A DNA stretch of 64,000 nt from Azolla caroliniana (taxonomy: Eukaryota; Plantae; Polypodiophyta), in the NCBI GenBank assembly GCA_043228905.1, contig JBHGNT010000020.1, forward strand, positions 4,898,001-4,962,000, given 5' to 3'. Every line of letters starts with the position of its first letter. Positions within the stretch are counted from its first letter, which is position 1. The notes under the pieces were generated by a model. That model ran no database searches. It had not been told where the DNA came from and saw nothing but the letters and a program-made list of their open reading frames with translations. Made by a program: the position numbers and the translations under genes. This document shows, in pieces, positions 21,901 through 36,200 of the stretch.

Positions 21901-24791
21901 AACTTCTCACGGAGTTTCGCGACGTATTCGCCTGGTCATACGAAGACATGCGAGGGCTGGACCCTCAATTATATCAGCATCAGATCCACCTAGGCAAGGA
22001 CGCGAAACCAGTGGCGCAACGACGTTACCGAATGAACCCCAACTACGCCGCCAAAGTGAAGGAGGAAATCGACAAACTCCTAAGAGTGGGCTTCATCCGG
22101 CCAGTAAAGAAAGCGACGTGGCTGAGCCCCATCGTCGTCGTCCCCAAGAAGAACGGTAAAATCCGTGTGTGTGTTGATTACAGGAAACTAAATGCCGCCA
22201 CAATTACGGATGCATTCCCTCTTCCGTTCACGGACGGAGTACTGGATGCCGTCGCCGGTCATGAAGTTTATAGCTTTTTAGACGGGTTCAGTGGGTACAA
22301 TCAAATCCGGATGCACCCGGACGACCAGGAAAAGACAGCGTTCGTCACCGAATGGGGGGTGTTTGTGGCCGAAGTCATGATGTTCGGCCTAAAAACGGCA
22401 CCAGCAACGTTCCAGCGAATCATCATGGAGATCTTCGGCGAATACATTCCTGCCTTCATGCAAGTCTTCCTGGATGATTTTGCAGTTTATAGCCGGGGAA
22501 AAGACCATTTGCAGCACCTACGGTTATGCCTTGAAAAGTGTAGGTTATACCGGCTAAGCTTAAACCCAGCAAAATGCATCTTTGGAGTTTCAAGTGGAAT
22601 ATTGCTGGGACACATTGTAAGTAAGGAGGGCATTGCGGTCGACCCGGATAAAGTAAACGCCATACTAGGGGCACCGGCGCCGAAAACAGCCAAAGCACTA
22701 AGCCGATTCTTAGGACAGATCCGGTGGCACAGCCGGATGCTCCGTCACTTGGCGGACTTGGCGACACCATTACACACCGCGGTACATCGGACACCGTTCC
22801 AATGGACGGATACGGAGGATAAGGCATACAGTGCCCTGAAGGTACTTTTATCGCAAGCACCCGTCGTGCAGCCTCCGGATTGGAGCAAGGAATTTCATAT
22901 GTTCGTGGACGCTTCCGACATCGCTATTGGCAGCGCCTTAATGCAACTTACGGAGCCTAAATGGTACCGGCCGGTATATTACGCCAGCCGGAAGCTGTCC
23001 CAAGCGGAGAAGAACTATTCAACGACGGAACGGGAGGCTCTGGGCATGATCTACAGTGTAACAAAGTTTCGTCACTACCTATTGGGAAGGAAGTTCTCCT
23101 TCCATGTGGATCACTCGGCGCTCCTCTACTTAGTTTCCAAGGCGTCCCTGACCGGTAAGTTGGCCCGTTGGACCTTACTGTTGCAGGAATTCGAATTCGA
23201 GATTTTCCACCGGCCCGGTATCCAGCATGCCGTAGCAGACTACTTGAGCCGGTTAGAGTCCGGAGAACCAGGCGACGGAGTAGCGGATGAATTCCCGGAC
23301 GCGGAGTTATTCCGTATCACCCCGGAAACGGCAGCGGACGACACGGTGGCATCAGAAGATAAATGGCTGACAAACATGCACCAGTTCCTAAGCACGGGCC
23401 TGCCACCGGAAGAAATGAACCGGGACGAGAGGAAACGACTAGCGGTGCAGAGCCGCAATTTCTGTCTGTTACGGGACACTCTCTACCACAAAGGAGCAGA
23501 TGGAATATGGCGACGGGCAGTCCGTAGTGACGAGAAAGAAGTAATCTTACGGGAAGCACACTGTGGGGTTGCCGGAGGACACTATGCCGGGGAAGCGACA
23601 GCGAGGAAAGTATGGCAGAGCGGCTTATGGTGGCCCACGACGCTAAAAGATGCCGTCAAGTATGCTAAGGAATGTGACCTATGCCAACGAATGGGCCAGC
23701 CTACGGAGCAAGCACGAATGCCACACCAACCGGTACTTCCACTAGAGCCATTCCAGAAGTGGGGGTTGGATTTTGTCGGACCGTTCAAGCCACCGGCAAT
23801 GAGAACGGGTAATCGTTATGTCATCGTGGCAACGGATTATTGCACGAAATGGGTGGAAGCTAAGGCCCTGAGAGACAACACCGCGTCATCCACAGCAAAA
23901 TTCCTGTACGAGAACATTTGGTGCCGATATGGATGTCCGATTGAATTGATCAGCGACCAAGGAGGCCACTTCCTCGGCCAGGTAGTGGAAAGCTTAACAA
24001 CGTTCTATGCCGTGGTCCATAAAAGAAGCACACCGTATTACCCACAGGCGAACGGGTTAGCAGAGTCCACCAACAAAACGCTGCAGAACATTCTCCGCAA
24101 AATTGTCAATGAAAACCGGACGGACTGGGACACAAAGCTCCATAGTGCGCTATGGGCGTACAGAACGGCATACAAAACGAGTATCCGGACAACGCCGTTC
24201 CGGTTAGCATTCGGCTTAGAAGCGGTCATGCCGGTCGAGTTTCAGGTACCAAGCTTACGGATCCAACTACGGGAACGGCTGAATGAAAAGAAGTCGGAGG
24301 AAATACGGCTAGCAGCACTATGCGAACTGGAGGAGCAACGGCTGGCCAGCATCCTACACATGGAACTGGAGCAACGACGATGGAAAGCGTTCGTTGACCG
24401 TCACCGGAAAGGTAATGAGAAGATGTTCGAAATCGGAAAGCCGGTGCTAGTATTCCAAACGAGGATGGGCAAGATGCCGGGTAAACTCCGGTTCAGATGG
24501 ACAGGCCCGTATTGGCTGACACGGGAATACAACGGGTCCTATCAGATAGGGACACTTGCCGGGGAAGTACTAGGCAAGTGGGTGAATGGATTTCGACTAA
24601 AGCCCTATAAAGGACCGATGCCAAAGAACCCGTTTATGCAGCTCACCGGCACTATACCAGGAACCTGTCCGGGATCGGTACGGATCAATCCGGAAGAAAA
24701 AGACGACGGGGAACCCGTAGTAGAGACGAAGGAAGACACGGCAACCCGTAAGGAAAACGGTCAGGGTCAGAAGGGACCTACGGATGTGTAA
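18927..24791 (+). pseudogene. Gypsy Gag-PR-RT-RH-INT polyprotein (~1950 codons) with a single in-frame stop at 21291-21293
   Basis: ORFs 18927-21293 and 21300-24791 share a frame. Motifs VIDGGSG, FLDGFSGYNQI, FLDDF, VDASD, GGHY..CDLC, WTGPY. The paralog has TGG at the stop position. Confidence 0.93.
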
Positions 24792-24970
24792 GGTCACACA
24801 CCGTCATTAAAAATTTTAAATAAAAAAAAAAATCATTAAAAATCGAGGTATGAACGGGTGTGAAAGCGAGGCGCGAAAAGGTACGTAGTGGGCATTTAAG
24901 AGACGCCACGCTACTTAATACTAAATTGGTACACGACGTGTGCATGCTCGAAAAAGGCGCCAAAACGCAC

Positions 24971-25101
24971 CCTATTCGGGATCCGTCCGGATCTGGAACG
25001 GCATACCGTTTCCAGTCCGTCCGTCCACACTATGCTCATTTACAACCATATCTAATTAATTCCTTCACTCCGTATTTTGGACTCCTTGCCGGCCGGTAAC
25101 A
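24971..25101 (-). repeat. Perfect 131-bp inverted copy of 18456-18586 (start of U3)
   Basis: Base-by-base reverse-complement match, 131/131. Confidence 0.97.
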
Positions 25102-25147
25102 GTCTATTATACCAACACAGATGATTTCAATATCCGGTGTGTGAGAG

Positions 25148-28100
25148 ATGAGTCTACGGAAGTTCGACGGATCGAACTTCAACTTCTGGAAGGAGTAGAT
25201 GCAAGACTATCTAATAGTCAAAGGGAAAATTGACCCCATTGAGAATGAAGACCCTCCAGAAGGATACAAGTCGCTTGAATGGGAAAAGCTCGAAAGAATC
25301 GTCCGAGCCACCATTCAGATGTGCCTATCGGAGTCATGTACTTCACACTACAATCATGTTTGACTGCCTTCCAACTATGGAAGACACTTTCAAACACTTA
25401 CGAAAAGAAGGTCAACGCTAACAAGATATACCTGATTCGGCACCTTTATAACTTTGGATGAAAGAGTCTGACTCGGTCCAGGCACACTTGAATGAGTACG
25501 AAAGCTTAAGCTCCCCAATCTCTGCCCAGGGTACAATTATCGAGGATGAACTAAAATCAATGCTGCTCATGAGTAGTCTCCCTCCCTCGTGGGAAATTTT
25601 CGTTACAACCGTGTGCAATGCGTCGACAGTTGCCGTTAAGTACTCCTCAATCACGAGTGCAATTCTGATTGAAGCAACTCGGAGAAAAATGTTTGCTAAC
25701 GACTCAGCCGACAACGCTTATGTAGTACAAGGTTTGACTAACTAATCGAAAAGCCATGGAATAAGTTCTTCACGACAACCGAATAATTAGCGAAGTCGGA
25801 GCAAGTCCCGGAATAATCGAGTCTGCAACTACTACAAGAAACCCAGACACATCAAAGCTGATTGTCCTGCATTCAAGGACAAAAACGATAAGGCTCAGCG
25901 AGCCGAGCAGAAGAGTGGCCGACACGAGGAGATCAACTACATGAGCAGAAGTATTGACAAACGACCCAAATATACTATCAATTGAGAACCCAGTTGAATT
26001 AGAAGTTTTGCTTACGCCTAAAGAATCGAGCATGTGGCTCTTAGATTCGGGTGTGTCCTTTCATGTCACTCCTCATCAATCATAATTTCGGCAATACACG
26101 GCCTAACATTCCGACTCTATTCGAGTAGGAAATTCGCAACACTGCGACATAATTGGAATCGGCTTGGTAGAGCTCAACCTTGAGGGTGTCTCTACATTAG
26201 TATTACGCAATGTCCGACATGTACCTGAGCTCTCAAGTCCACTGATCTCAGTCAGACAATTGGATGAAGACGACATCCATGTTGGGTTCTCACCAGGAGG
26301 GTGGACGCTCCATAGAGGGAACCTCCTGCTTGCTCGAGGACCGAAGATACACTCATTGTATCCTTTGCATGTCACACTTAGAGAGGGTGACCTGTTTTTG
26401 GTTGACATTCCCGTGTCATCACTCTGGCACGGAAGACTCGGACACCTCAGCAAGGCCGGCATCACGCACTTATCTAGAGACGGATACATCCCCAAACTCT
26501 CCTTCTCAGATCATCAGTTCTGCGAGCATTGCCAATACGGCAAGAGATAGTCGTAACACACCCTTCATTTACCCTGAGAGAATCGAGTCCGCTTGATTTG
26601 GTCCACTCGGATGTACGTGGTCCTATGCCACATCAATCCCTTGGCGGTGCTCTGTACTTCGTCAACTTCATTGACGACTCGATTAAGAAGGTGTGGGCTT
26701 ATCTGATCAAAACCAAAGATCGTGTTTTCTCGATCTTTTCTGATTGGCTCGCCATGGTTGAGAATCAGTCCGGCCGAAAATTGAAACGCTTTCGGTCCGA
26801 TAACGGGGGAGAGTTCAAATAAGAGGAATTCGTCAAATCTTTCCGACAACGCAGCATACGACGTGAATTTATGGCACCTCAGAGTTGGGAGCAGAATGGA
26901 ATTGCGGAGCGAATGAATTGGACAATTCAAGAACGGATAGTTTCCATGCTCCAACACTTCGGACTATCAGATGGATTCTGGGTAGAGGCCCCACTTACAG
27001 CAGTACACATAATCAATATGTCGCCGAGTAGGCCTCTAGAACTTCGGATACCTCAGGAATTATGGATTGGCAGTAAGCCGAATTACGACAAGCAGAGGAT
27101 TTTCGAATGTGAGGCGTATGACCTCGCCCCGAAAGATGATCGCCGCAAACTTGCATCACGGTCTAGGAAATGTATTTTTCTTGGTTATGGAACAGATGGT
27201 GAAATGAGATACCGACTTTGGGACCCCGAACACAGACAGATTGTCCGAAGTTCGGACGTCTAGTTCAATGAGTCGGCCATGCATCAATCGGTCGAAAAGC
27301 CGATCGAAGTCCGAAGGGCAATCTTTTCCGATGTGCCAACCCTTCATGAAGTAGCACACAACACACGGTCAACCTCACGGGTAGTTGAACCTTCAAACAC
27401 CGACTCGGAGAATTTCGACTCAGCATAGCCGAACAATTCGGCTTTGGACCATTCGACCACGACACCCAATGCGACTAGTCCAGTCATACCTCGAAGATCC
27501 GAGAGACTGTCGCAACCCCCGGAGAGATACTCTCCCAGCATCTTCTTTACGGACGTCGGAGAACCGACGTCATACGAAGAAGCATCGGCATCAGTCGATT
27601 CGGCCACCTAGCATCTGGCAATGGAGTCCAAAATGAACTCCATTCATGCAAACAAGACATGGGACCTGGTCGAATTACCAAAAAATCGACGTGCTCTTCC
27701 GTGTAAGTGGGTCTATCGAATTAAGGAGACGTCTGATTCAGCCAACCCAAAATTCAAAGCTAGATTAGTAGCAAAGGGTTTTCGACAGGAACACAGTGTC
27801 GATTTTGACGAAATATTTTCGCCAGAGGTGAAGATGACAACCCTTCGATTCATGCTCGACGTAGTAGGAGCCGAAAATTTGGAGCTGATTCAGCTAGATG
27901 TCAAAATGGCTTTCCTCCATGGTGATCTTGAGGAGGAAATTTATATGGAGTAGCCAAAAGGTTTCGTGGCGTCCGGCCAAGAACATCTAGTTTGCCAACT
28001 CAGGAAGAATCTTTACGGCCTGAAACAGGCGCCACGACAGTGGTACAAGAAGTTCGACGACTTCATCCAATAGATTGGCTTCTCAAAGAGCGATGAGGAC

Positions 28101-29616
28101 CATTGTCTCTTCACGAAGACAACTCGAGATGGATCACCCATCTTCCTCATCATCTACGTGGACGACATGCTAAGCTCTGGATGCCATGCAGGAGAACTCG
28201 CCGAAATTGTTCGGCAACTACGATTGAAGTTTGCCATGAAGGATTTCCGTCCAGCATGACGCATTCTTGGTATGAAGATCAGTCGGAATCGTAATCAACG
28301 ACAATTGTTTCTATCCCAATCCGACTACATTGGACGTGTCCTAGAATGCTTCAACATGCGCTCGACAAAATATGCCTCTACCCCGCTCCCTATTAGTACT
28401 CGACTATCTCGACGAGACTACCCAACATCCGGTTCGAAGGGGGAAATTATGAAGTCGGTATCGTATGCACCGGCAATTGGCTCCCTAATGTATGTGATGG
28501 TCGCGACACGGCCTGATATCGCTCACACCGTTGGAGTCATCAGCATATTTATGCATAATCCCGGCCGATCACACTGGAATGCAGTCAAGCATGTGTTTAG
28601 ATATCTCGTGGGCACAAAAGACCTTGGTATTCTGTTCGGCCCGAACGACATCTCAAGCATAGTCGGATACACCGACTCGAACTTTGCAAGTTGCATAGAC
28701 AATCATAAATCGACAACCGGATATTGTTTTAAACTTGGCAATGGAGTGATCTCGTGGAAGTCGAAACTTCAGGAGTGCACCGCCACATCAACGACCGAAG
28801 CTAAATACATAGTCGCGTCCGATGCGGCAAAAGAGGCCTTATGGCTCGGTCGGCTGGCCTGCTGTTATGTACACATAACGTTGGAGAGGGTAGGTCACCA
28901 ATATTTACATTAGTGAAGGGTATGTTCACTAATGTTAAAAAGGGGACTAATGATTGGATAGAAGGAATGATTGGTGCATGCACTATCATGATTTGGACAA
29001 CCAATGAATTGAGAGCCTTTTAGAAAGGCACATCTATTCAAGGGGCCTTGGAAAAGGTATAAATATGAGGCTTAGCTACCCTCATAATGACATTACGTCA
29101 GAAGGCTGCCGTCTTAGACACTAGTGGTGCGGGCTAGGCTTTCGTCTCGACGATCATGTTTATCTCTTCCAAGGTATTAGTCATCCTAATATCTAGCAAT
29201 ATGCGACGTCGGTGGTAGGTTGGCTATGTCTAGATCATAGCTCGGGGGTGGTCAGGTGGAACGGGTTCTTCTATCCATTCTATTTTCCTTCTTTTACTTT
29301 AGTTTGGTCTATTGATTAGTAATAGACTCTTAACACATGCACATTTCGACAAGCCGAAATCGGCTCGGTTCCAATTGTTTACTGTGACAGTCAGGGTGTT
29401 GTTGCTCTATCGAAAAATCCGGTTCATCACAACGCCTCCAAGCATATCGACGTTCGATATCATTTTGTTCGGGACTGCGTCATTACAGGGAAAACCGTTC
29501 TAGAGAAAATATCAACAACCGATAATGTCGCAGACGCATTAGCCAAGTGTCTTTCGGTGAATCGATTTCGATCCCTTAGGCAACACATGTGCGTAATGAA
29601 GAATCAGTTCGATTAA
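25148..29616 (+). pseudogene. Decayed copia gag-pol of element 14483-30042
   Basis: KFDGSNFNFWK, LLDSG, LWHGRLGH..CEHC, SDNGGEF, IYVDDML, KHIDVRYH; many stops and frameshifts. Confidence 0.9.
28863..29335. mobile_element. Solo LTR of an otherwise absent family, inserted in copia RNase H
   Basis: TGTTA...TAACA ends; TSD CCTGC/CATGC; the RNase H frame resumes afterwards (TFRQ..VYCDSQ). Confidence 0.8.
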
Positions 29617-30042
29617 ATCGGACATCAGACTTCGGCTGTTTGGAACTTTGTATCAATTTGTATTATATACTCATTTCGATTACCGATTTCAGATGTATAC
29701 ACCCATTACGGGGGAGTGTTGAATACGGGTTTCTAATGGACGTATTCACATTGTCTCCTTTTGAACACACTAGACTTAAGCTATTTACGTAAATAGTGAG
29801 AAGGGCAATTGCCCTAAGTTAGTCAGTATATAACCTGACTTTGTAACCCAGTTACGGGTTGGTTGGTCATTTTGTAAAAAGTTGTAGTAAACTTCATTGA
29901 ACTCTGACTCTCTCTCTTGCAAATTAGTTCTCTTTTACTTTCTGTCTTTGCTGCCATCAAAGCTATGATCTTGCATCCATTTACGATTTTATCCTAGAAG
30001 AGTGTTGATCTTGTTCCGCATTAGAAGACGGCATTCCCAACA

Positions 30043-32209
30043 CCTCGTATTCGGGGCCATCAACCAGTTGGACAGAAGGCGGTGGTGGTACGACACGATT
30101 AGGAATTAAAGAGGTGCAACAAGGTTCCAAAAGAAAGCTATGAAAGACTAGGTGAAGCCGCATTTGTGCAAGAAGGTTAAGACGAAATGTTGCATCATTA
30201 ATCCGCACTATGATGACAAAAGGATCTAAGCGTTCATAATCAAGCTTAGCACACGGGCGGGTAGTCTTGATGTGACGACGAAACAACCATACTCGGTCAC
30301 CAACCTTAAAAAGGAGACTTAAGAAGATGTTGATCGGCATTGGTCTCATGGTGTGCTTGCGCTTTTTGAAGATGTGAAGATAACTCAAACTGGATTTGTT
30401 GTAGTCGGTGGAGGTAATGTGCTGCACTAGGGTTTCGTGACACCTCAGGGAGATCCAGGATACACCATCGAGGGTGGTTGCCAGTGTAGGCAAAGAAAGG
30501 TGTAACTTTGGTAGAAGAGTGTACCGTGTTGTTGTATGCAAACTCAGCAAGATGTAAAATATTGCTCCAATCATCTTGTTGATAACTTATGAAGCATCGA
30601 AGATACTGCTCGAGTGTTTGATTTGTGCGCTCTGTTTGTCCGTTAGTTTGTGGATGATAAGTTGAAGAGAGTTTGCAAAAGATTTTGAGGCCTGTCCATA
30701 GATAAATTGAGGACCTCGATTGCTAATAATATCATTTGGGAGACCATGATGGCAAAATACCTCACGCATAATGAGATCTATAGTTTCTTCACTACTAATG
30801 GTCTTTACACACGGTACAAAATGTGCCATCTTTGTGAACCGATCCACTACTGTTAAAATACTATCAAAGCCTTTGGAAGGTGGAAGATCCGTAATGAAAT
30901 CCATAGAAATAGACTACCATGGCTTGCTTTGGCACGACGGCAAGTGTCACATGTGCAAACGTAATCTTTGACAAATTTTTGCATGTGAGGCCACCAAAAC
31001 GAACGTTTCACCAGCTCAATGGTCTTGGCAATAGCAAAATGTCCAGCCATGGGGGCATCATGACAATGTTCTAACACTTGAAGTTGGGGTGATCCGTTAG
31101 GGACGTAAAGGAGATTCTTGTAGAAGAGTAAGCCATCTTGCCACTTGAAGTCCTAATAATGTTGAGATGACCATTGCAATGTGGAGCAAGATGGACGGCT
31201 TGAACCAATGTGGGCTAAGACATCCTTGGCCAAATCATCAAAGTGAAGTTGTTGCTGAATAGTGTCAAGAAGGCTAGAATCAAGTGGCATGGCATAAATT
31301 GTTGTTGCATGTAGCTTTGATGGACCGAGGAGAATCTGCTTTTGATTGTCAAAGGCCAGATCTCCATGTCGAAGAGCTAGATACGAACGTCGAGACAAAG
31401 CATCTGCTTTCCCTTGTTTTCTGGGGCGAAAAATGATCTTGAAATCGAAATGCATTAGAAATTGGGCCCACCGAGCTTGTCGTCTATTTAATACTCGAGC
31501 TGCTTGAAAATATGTGAGATTTTGTGATCACTATAAATGATAATCTGATGAGGCGATCCTTCTAGAAAATGACACCATTGCTCGAATGAGTCAACCACAG
31601 CTAGTAACTCCTTGTCATGCACCTCAAAATTTATCTCCGAAACAGTAAATTTTCTTGAGTGAAACGCGATTGGATGAGTCTGCCCGTCCTTGCCTGGTTG
31701 TGATAGGATACTCCCCAATGCGAAGTTTGACGCATCCACTTCAATAGTAAATGGCTTTTCGAGATCAATATGCGCTAGGATAGGTGCTGATGTGAATGCC
31801 TCTTTCAGTTGAGTAAAAGCCTTGTCCGCTTTGATACTCCGAAAAAATGCTTGATTTTTCTTGGTGAGTTGGGTGAGGGGCAACACAATGCTTGAATAAT
31901 TACATATGAATTTGCGATAGAAGTTCGCAAATCCAAGGAAACACTAGACGTCCCGAACTGAGCATGGGGGTTTCCATTCCAATATTGTTTGAACTTTTGC
32001 CGGATCCATGAAAATACCCTTGGATGAAATAGTGTATACCAAAAATTCGACTTGTTTGCAATCAAAACTGCATTTCTCAAGTTTGGCATAAAGACCATAG
32101 TTTCTTAGGCGTTCACGTACTTTCCGTACATGTATATCATGCGCCTCCTGTGTTTTAGAGTAAATCAACAAATCACCTAGGTAGATGATGAGAAAGATAT
32201 CCAAGAAAT
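30043..32209 (-). pseudogene. Chromovirus pol fragment (RT C-terminal half, RNase H, integrase)
   Basis: [45 protein letters not shown]. Confidence 0.9.
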
Positions 32210-32477
32210 TGACAGGAACTACACACTCCGATAAACAGCGCTCAGCCACAACCGAGCTTAGAATCAAAACACAGAAAACGGGAAATGAAAGCACGACGCA
32301 ATGGAGAGAAGAGTACACAGGATGTTTATGTGGAAAACCCAAACTAGGGAAAAAACCATAGCAGCCCACAGGCTGCAAACTATCACTATGTTAGAATGTA
32401 CAACGGTAAAGCACCGATGCAACGACCTCGAGCTGGTTATCTTCGCCACAGGCAGCGGTTACAACAGAGGCAACGAC

Positions 32478-32522
<45 letters not shown>

Positions 32523-32919
32523 CACTGTTGCGCGCTCTAATCTCACACCAACAAGAATGACAACAACAACTATAAAGTTTGCCCTAAGTCATATTTATAC
32601 TAATATGACTTTTTGGCTATTTACAAATATAGCCCCGATGGACTCTCAGAAACATATTTACGAATATGTCCCTTCATCCGGTGAGCACTTCTCACCGGGC
32701 CTTCACCATCCGGCTCTTGCCGGGTACTCCTCATCCGGTTCTCACTGGGTCTTTCGTAGCTGGGTATTCCTCGTCATCCGGCACTTGCCGGGTACACCAC
32801 ATCCGGTTCTCACCGGGTCTTCCGTAGCCCGATACTCGTCATCCGGCGCTTGCCGGGTACACCACATCCGGTTCTCACTTCCCCATCCGAAGGGACTTAT
32901 TTCCTAACAAACTCCCCCT

Positions 32920-35900
32920 TCACTCCGGCATGGGATGTCTTACTAGTCCGACCCGCTTCCGGCATGCGTCCAGCTTGTCGGGTATTAGTACTTTGGTCAG
33001 CATATCTGACCCGTTCTTGGAAATGTGCATCTTCGTCAGCTCGAACTCCTGGTCATCTACTCTTTCCCGGATCCAGTGATACCTTCGTTGGATATGCTTC
33101 GTCCGGGAATGGTAGGCCGCATTCTTAGCAAGGTGGATGGCACTTTGACTGTCGCAATAGAGCCGGTATTCATCTTGCCGGATACCGAGCTCCCCGATGA
33201 AGTCCTTCATCCATAATATTTCCTTGCCGACTTCCACAGCCGCCATGTACTCCGCCTCCGTGGTTGACAATGCAACCGTCTTCTGCAGCCTCGACTGCCA
33301 CGAAACAGCTCCCCCTGCATATGTCATTACATACCCGGATGTAGACCAGCTTGTATCCACATCAGTCGACATGTCTGAATCAGTAAAACCTTCAAGTTGA
33401 GGTTTTCCGGAGCCGAATCGGAGACACATGTTCGAAGTTCCCTTCAAGTACCGGAGTATCCAATTGACCGCGTTCCAGTGCTCTTTGCCGGGATTGCTCA
33501 TAAACAGGCTCACCACTCTGACTGCGTATCCTATATCCGGTCGAGTACACACCATTGCGTACATTAAGCTCCCGACAGCAGAGGCATATGGAACCTTCAT
33601 CATATCAGCCTTCTCTGCTTTCGTCTTCGGGCTTTGCTTACTGGATAATCTGCAGTTTGCTGGGAGTGTCGATCCGACTGGTTTCTCTTCCAACATGTTG
33701 AACCGCTGAAGCACCTTTGTCACGTACTTCTTCTGTGATAGCCACAATTGCTTCATTGGCCGGTTCCGGATGATATGCATCCCCAGCATCTGTCTTGCCG
33801 GACCCAAGTCTTTCATTGAGAAGGTCCGGTTGAGGGCCTTCTTCAGCATCCGTATTTTGGCTTGGTCTCGTCCGACGATCAACATGTCGTCCACGTACAG
33901 GAGGAGTATCAGGAAGTCGCCTCCTTCGAACTTCTTCACAAACACACAGTGATCGGCCTGCATCTTGTGGTACCCTTGATCGGTCATGAAGGAGTCGAAC
34001 TTCCGGTACCATTGCCGGGGAGCCTGCTTCAGTCCGTACAGGCTCTTCATCAATCGGCAAACTAGGCACTCCTTCCCTTTCTCCACGAATCCTTCCGGTT
34101 GCTGCATGTAGATCTCCTCTTCGAGGTCACCGTGAAGGAATATCGTCTTCACATCCAGTTGCTCTACCTCGAGGTCCATGCTTGCCGCTATACTCAGCAC
34201 CGTCCGGATGGAGGTCATCTTTACTACCGGGGCAAATATCTCGTCGAAGTCCACGCCCTTCTTCTGCTGGAACCCCTTCACCATAATCTTGGCTTTGTAT
34301 CTCGGGGGGTTTCCAACATCTCCCAGTTTCAACTTGTACACCCACTTATTTCAGAGTGCTCGCTTTCCATTCAGCAACTCCACCAATTCGTACGTATGGT
34401 TCTCATGCAGGGAATCCATCTCATCCTGCATGGCACTTGACCATTTGCGGCTGTGGGTGTCACTTTTAGCTTCCTCGAAGCTTTCTGGCTCCCCCTCATC
34501 GGTCAACAGCACATGCTCTGCATCCGGAAATCTCCGGGGGGGCCTTCTCTCTCTCAGAGGATATCTCCGTCTTTGGGCTTCAGTAACCGGTTCCTCCATT
34601 TGCTCTTCATCCGAATCCGATTCGGGGTCTTGGCCAGTTCCGGTTTCAGCTTCCTCTACTTCTTCTTCTGCCGGTTCGGTATCCTCACCATAACCGGCTG
34701 GTTCCTCGAGTGCTAACCGGTCTCTTGCCAGTTGGGTCTGCGCATCGTAGAATCGATCCTTACCGGTCGACTCGGAGTTCGTTACCTTCTTCTCCAACTC
34801 CCAGTCGGCGAGCGTCTTGTCCTCCATGAATATAATATCTCGACTCCAGAATACCTTCTTGTCGACTGGGTCCCACACTCGGTAGCTGAACTCATCGTCG
34901 CCGTAACCGAGGAATATGCATGGCCGGGTCTTTGGATCTACCTCTCCTCTCCGGTCCTTGGCAACATGCAAGTATGCAAGACACCCGAATACCTTCAGAT
35001 GCCGGTAAGATACTTCCTTACCGGTCCATACTCTCTGTGGCGTGTCTCCGTCCAAGGGTAATGAGGGTGATCTGTTTATCACATATGTCGCCGTCAACAG
35101 TGCCTCAACCCAAAACTTCTTGGGTAGTTTTGCATGCGCCAGCATACTCCGAACCCTCTCCATTATGGTCCGGTTCATCCTCTCGGCCAGCCCGTTTAGT
35201 TCCGGCGTCTTCGGCACGGTAAATTCGAGCCGGATTCCCTTCAAGCGACAGTACTCCTCGAACTGCCCCCGGTATTCACCTCCGTTATCTGCTCGAACCG
35301 CCTTCAGCTTCCGACCGGTTTCTCTTTCCACTCTCGCATGGAGCTCTTTGAAGACGGATAACACCTGATCCTTCGTCTTCAACGGTGTGGCCCACAGCTT
35401 CCGGTTGTGGTCATCTATGAACGTCACGAAGTACTGCGATCCGGCATGTGACTTCGTGTCCACTTGACACACATCAGTATGCACCAACTCCAATGGTGCA
35501 TTTCGTCTCATCGGTGGCCTCAATCGGAAGGAGGTCCGGTTTTGTTTACCGGCCAGACAATCAGTGCACTTCTCCAAGTGCATGTTCTTCACTGGAATGA
35601 GGTTGTCGTCTACAAGCCTCTTCATCCCCTTCTCGATCATGTGACACAACCTCTTGTGCCACAGCTCACCGGTAGTGTCGGATGCCACGTTCACTTCTTC
35701 CGAACATAACCGGGCATTCATCAGGTACAACGTGTTTACCTTCTGGGCCCGAGCCACAATCAAGCTCCCTTTGCTGAACTTCATAACACCGTTCCGGATG
35801 CTACCCATGTAGCCTTCATCATCTACCCAACCGGCTGATATCAGGTTCAGACGAACCTCCACAACGTGTCAGACATCCTTTAGCAGCAGCTTGCATCCGG

Positions 35901-36200
35901 TTGGTGTTGCCAGCCACACGTCTCCTATGCCGACAATTCGGCATGTACCTTCATTCCCCATCCGGACACAACCGTGATCACCGGCTGAGTAGGATGACAA
36001 GCATTTCCGATCCGAGGTAAGGTGCAACGACGCTCCGGAGTCGACCACCCAGGTCATCTCGTCGCCGACAAGGTTTAACTCACTCTCCTCGGTGATGAGC
36101 ATCAACTCTTCTTCACTTGCCATGATTGTCGCCGTTCCCTTCGGGTCCGTTCCCCTCCGATCTTTACCGTTCCGGTCCAGTGTCCGCTTCGAATCGGTAC
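32920..36200 (-). pseudogene. Copia pol (PR-INT-RT-RH) with few lesions; gag part at 51742-52470
   Basis: ORFs 35869-36216, 34351-35862 and 32920-34341 are highly similar to the 5277-9350 protein. Confidence 0.92.

Larger units (their letters stand above)
18456..25101 (+). mobile_element. Young non-chromovirus Ty3/gypsy (Athila-like pol order, no extra RNase H) with 5' LTR 18456-18875 and an inverted U3 copy as its right end
   Basis: TSD GTCTA at 18451-18455 and 25102-25106; PBS TGGCGACCAC; near-intact gag-pol; no direct 3' LTR. Confidence 0.95.
14483..30042 (+). mobile_element. Degenerate full-length Ty1/copia (LTRs 14483-14809 and 29717-30042) with four direct nested insertions
   Basis: ~327-bp direct LTRs TGTTGAATACGG...CCCAACA, PBS 14812-14824, PPT GGGGGAG, TSD CCTCA/CCTCG. 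Confidence 0.93.

Noticed and set aside
18456-25101. DIRS-type element or DNA transposon because of the inverted termini
   Set aside because: It encodes a DDE integrase and protease, with no tyrosine recombinase or transposase, and has a PBS and 5-bp TSD. Its paralog has normal direct LTRs.
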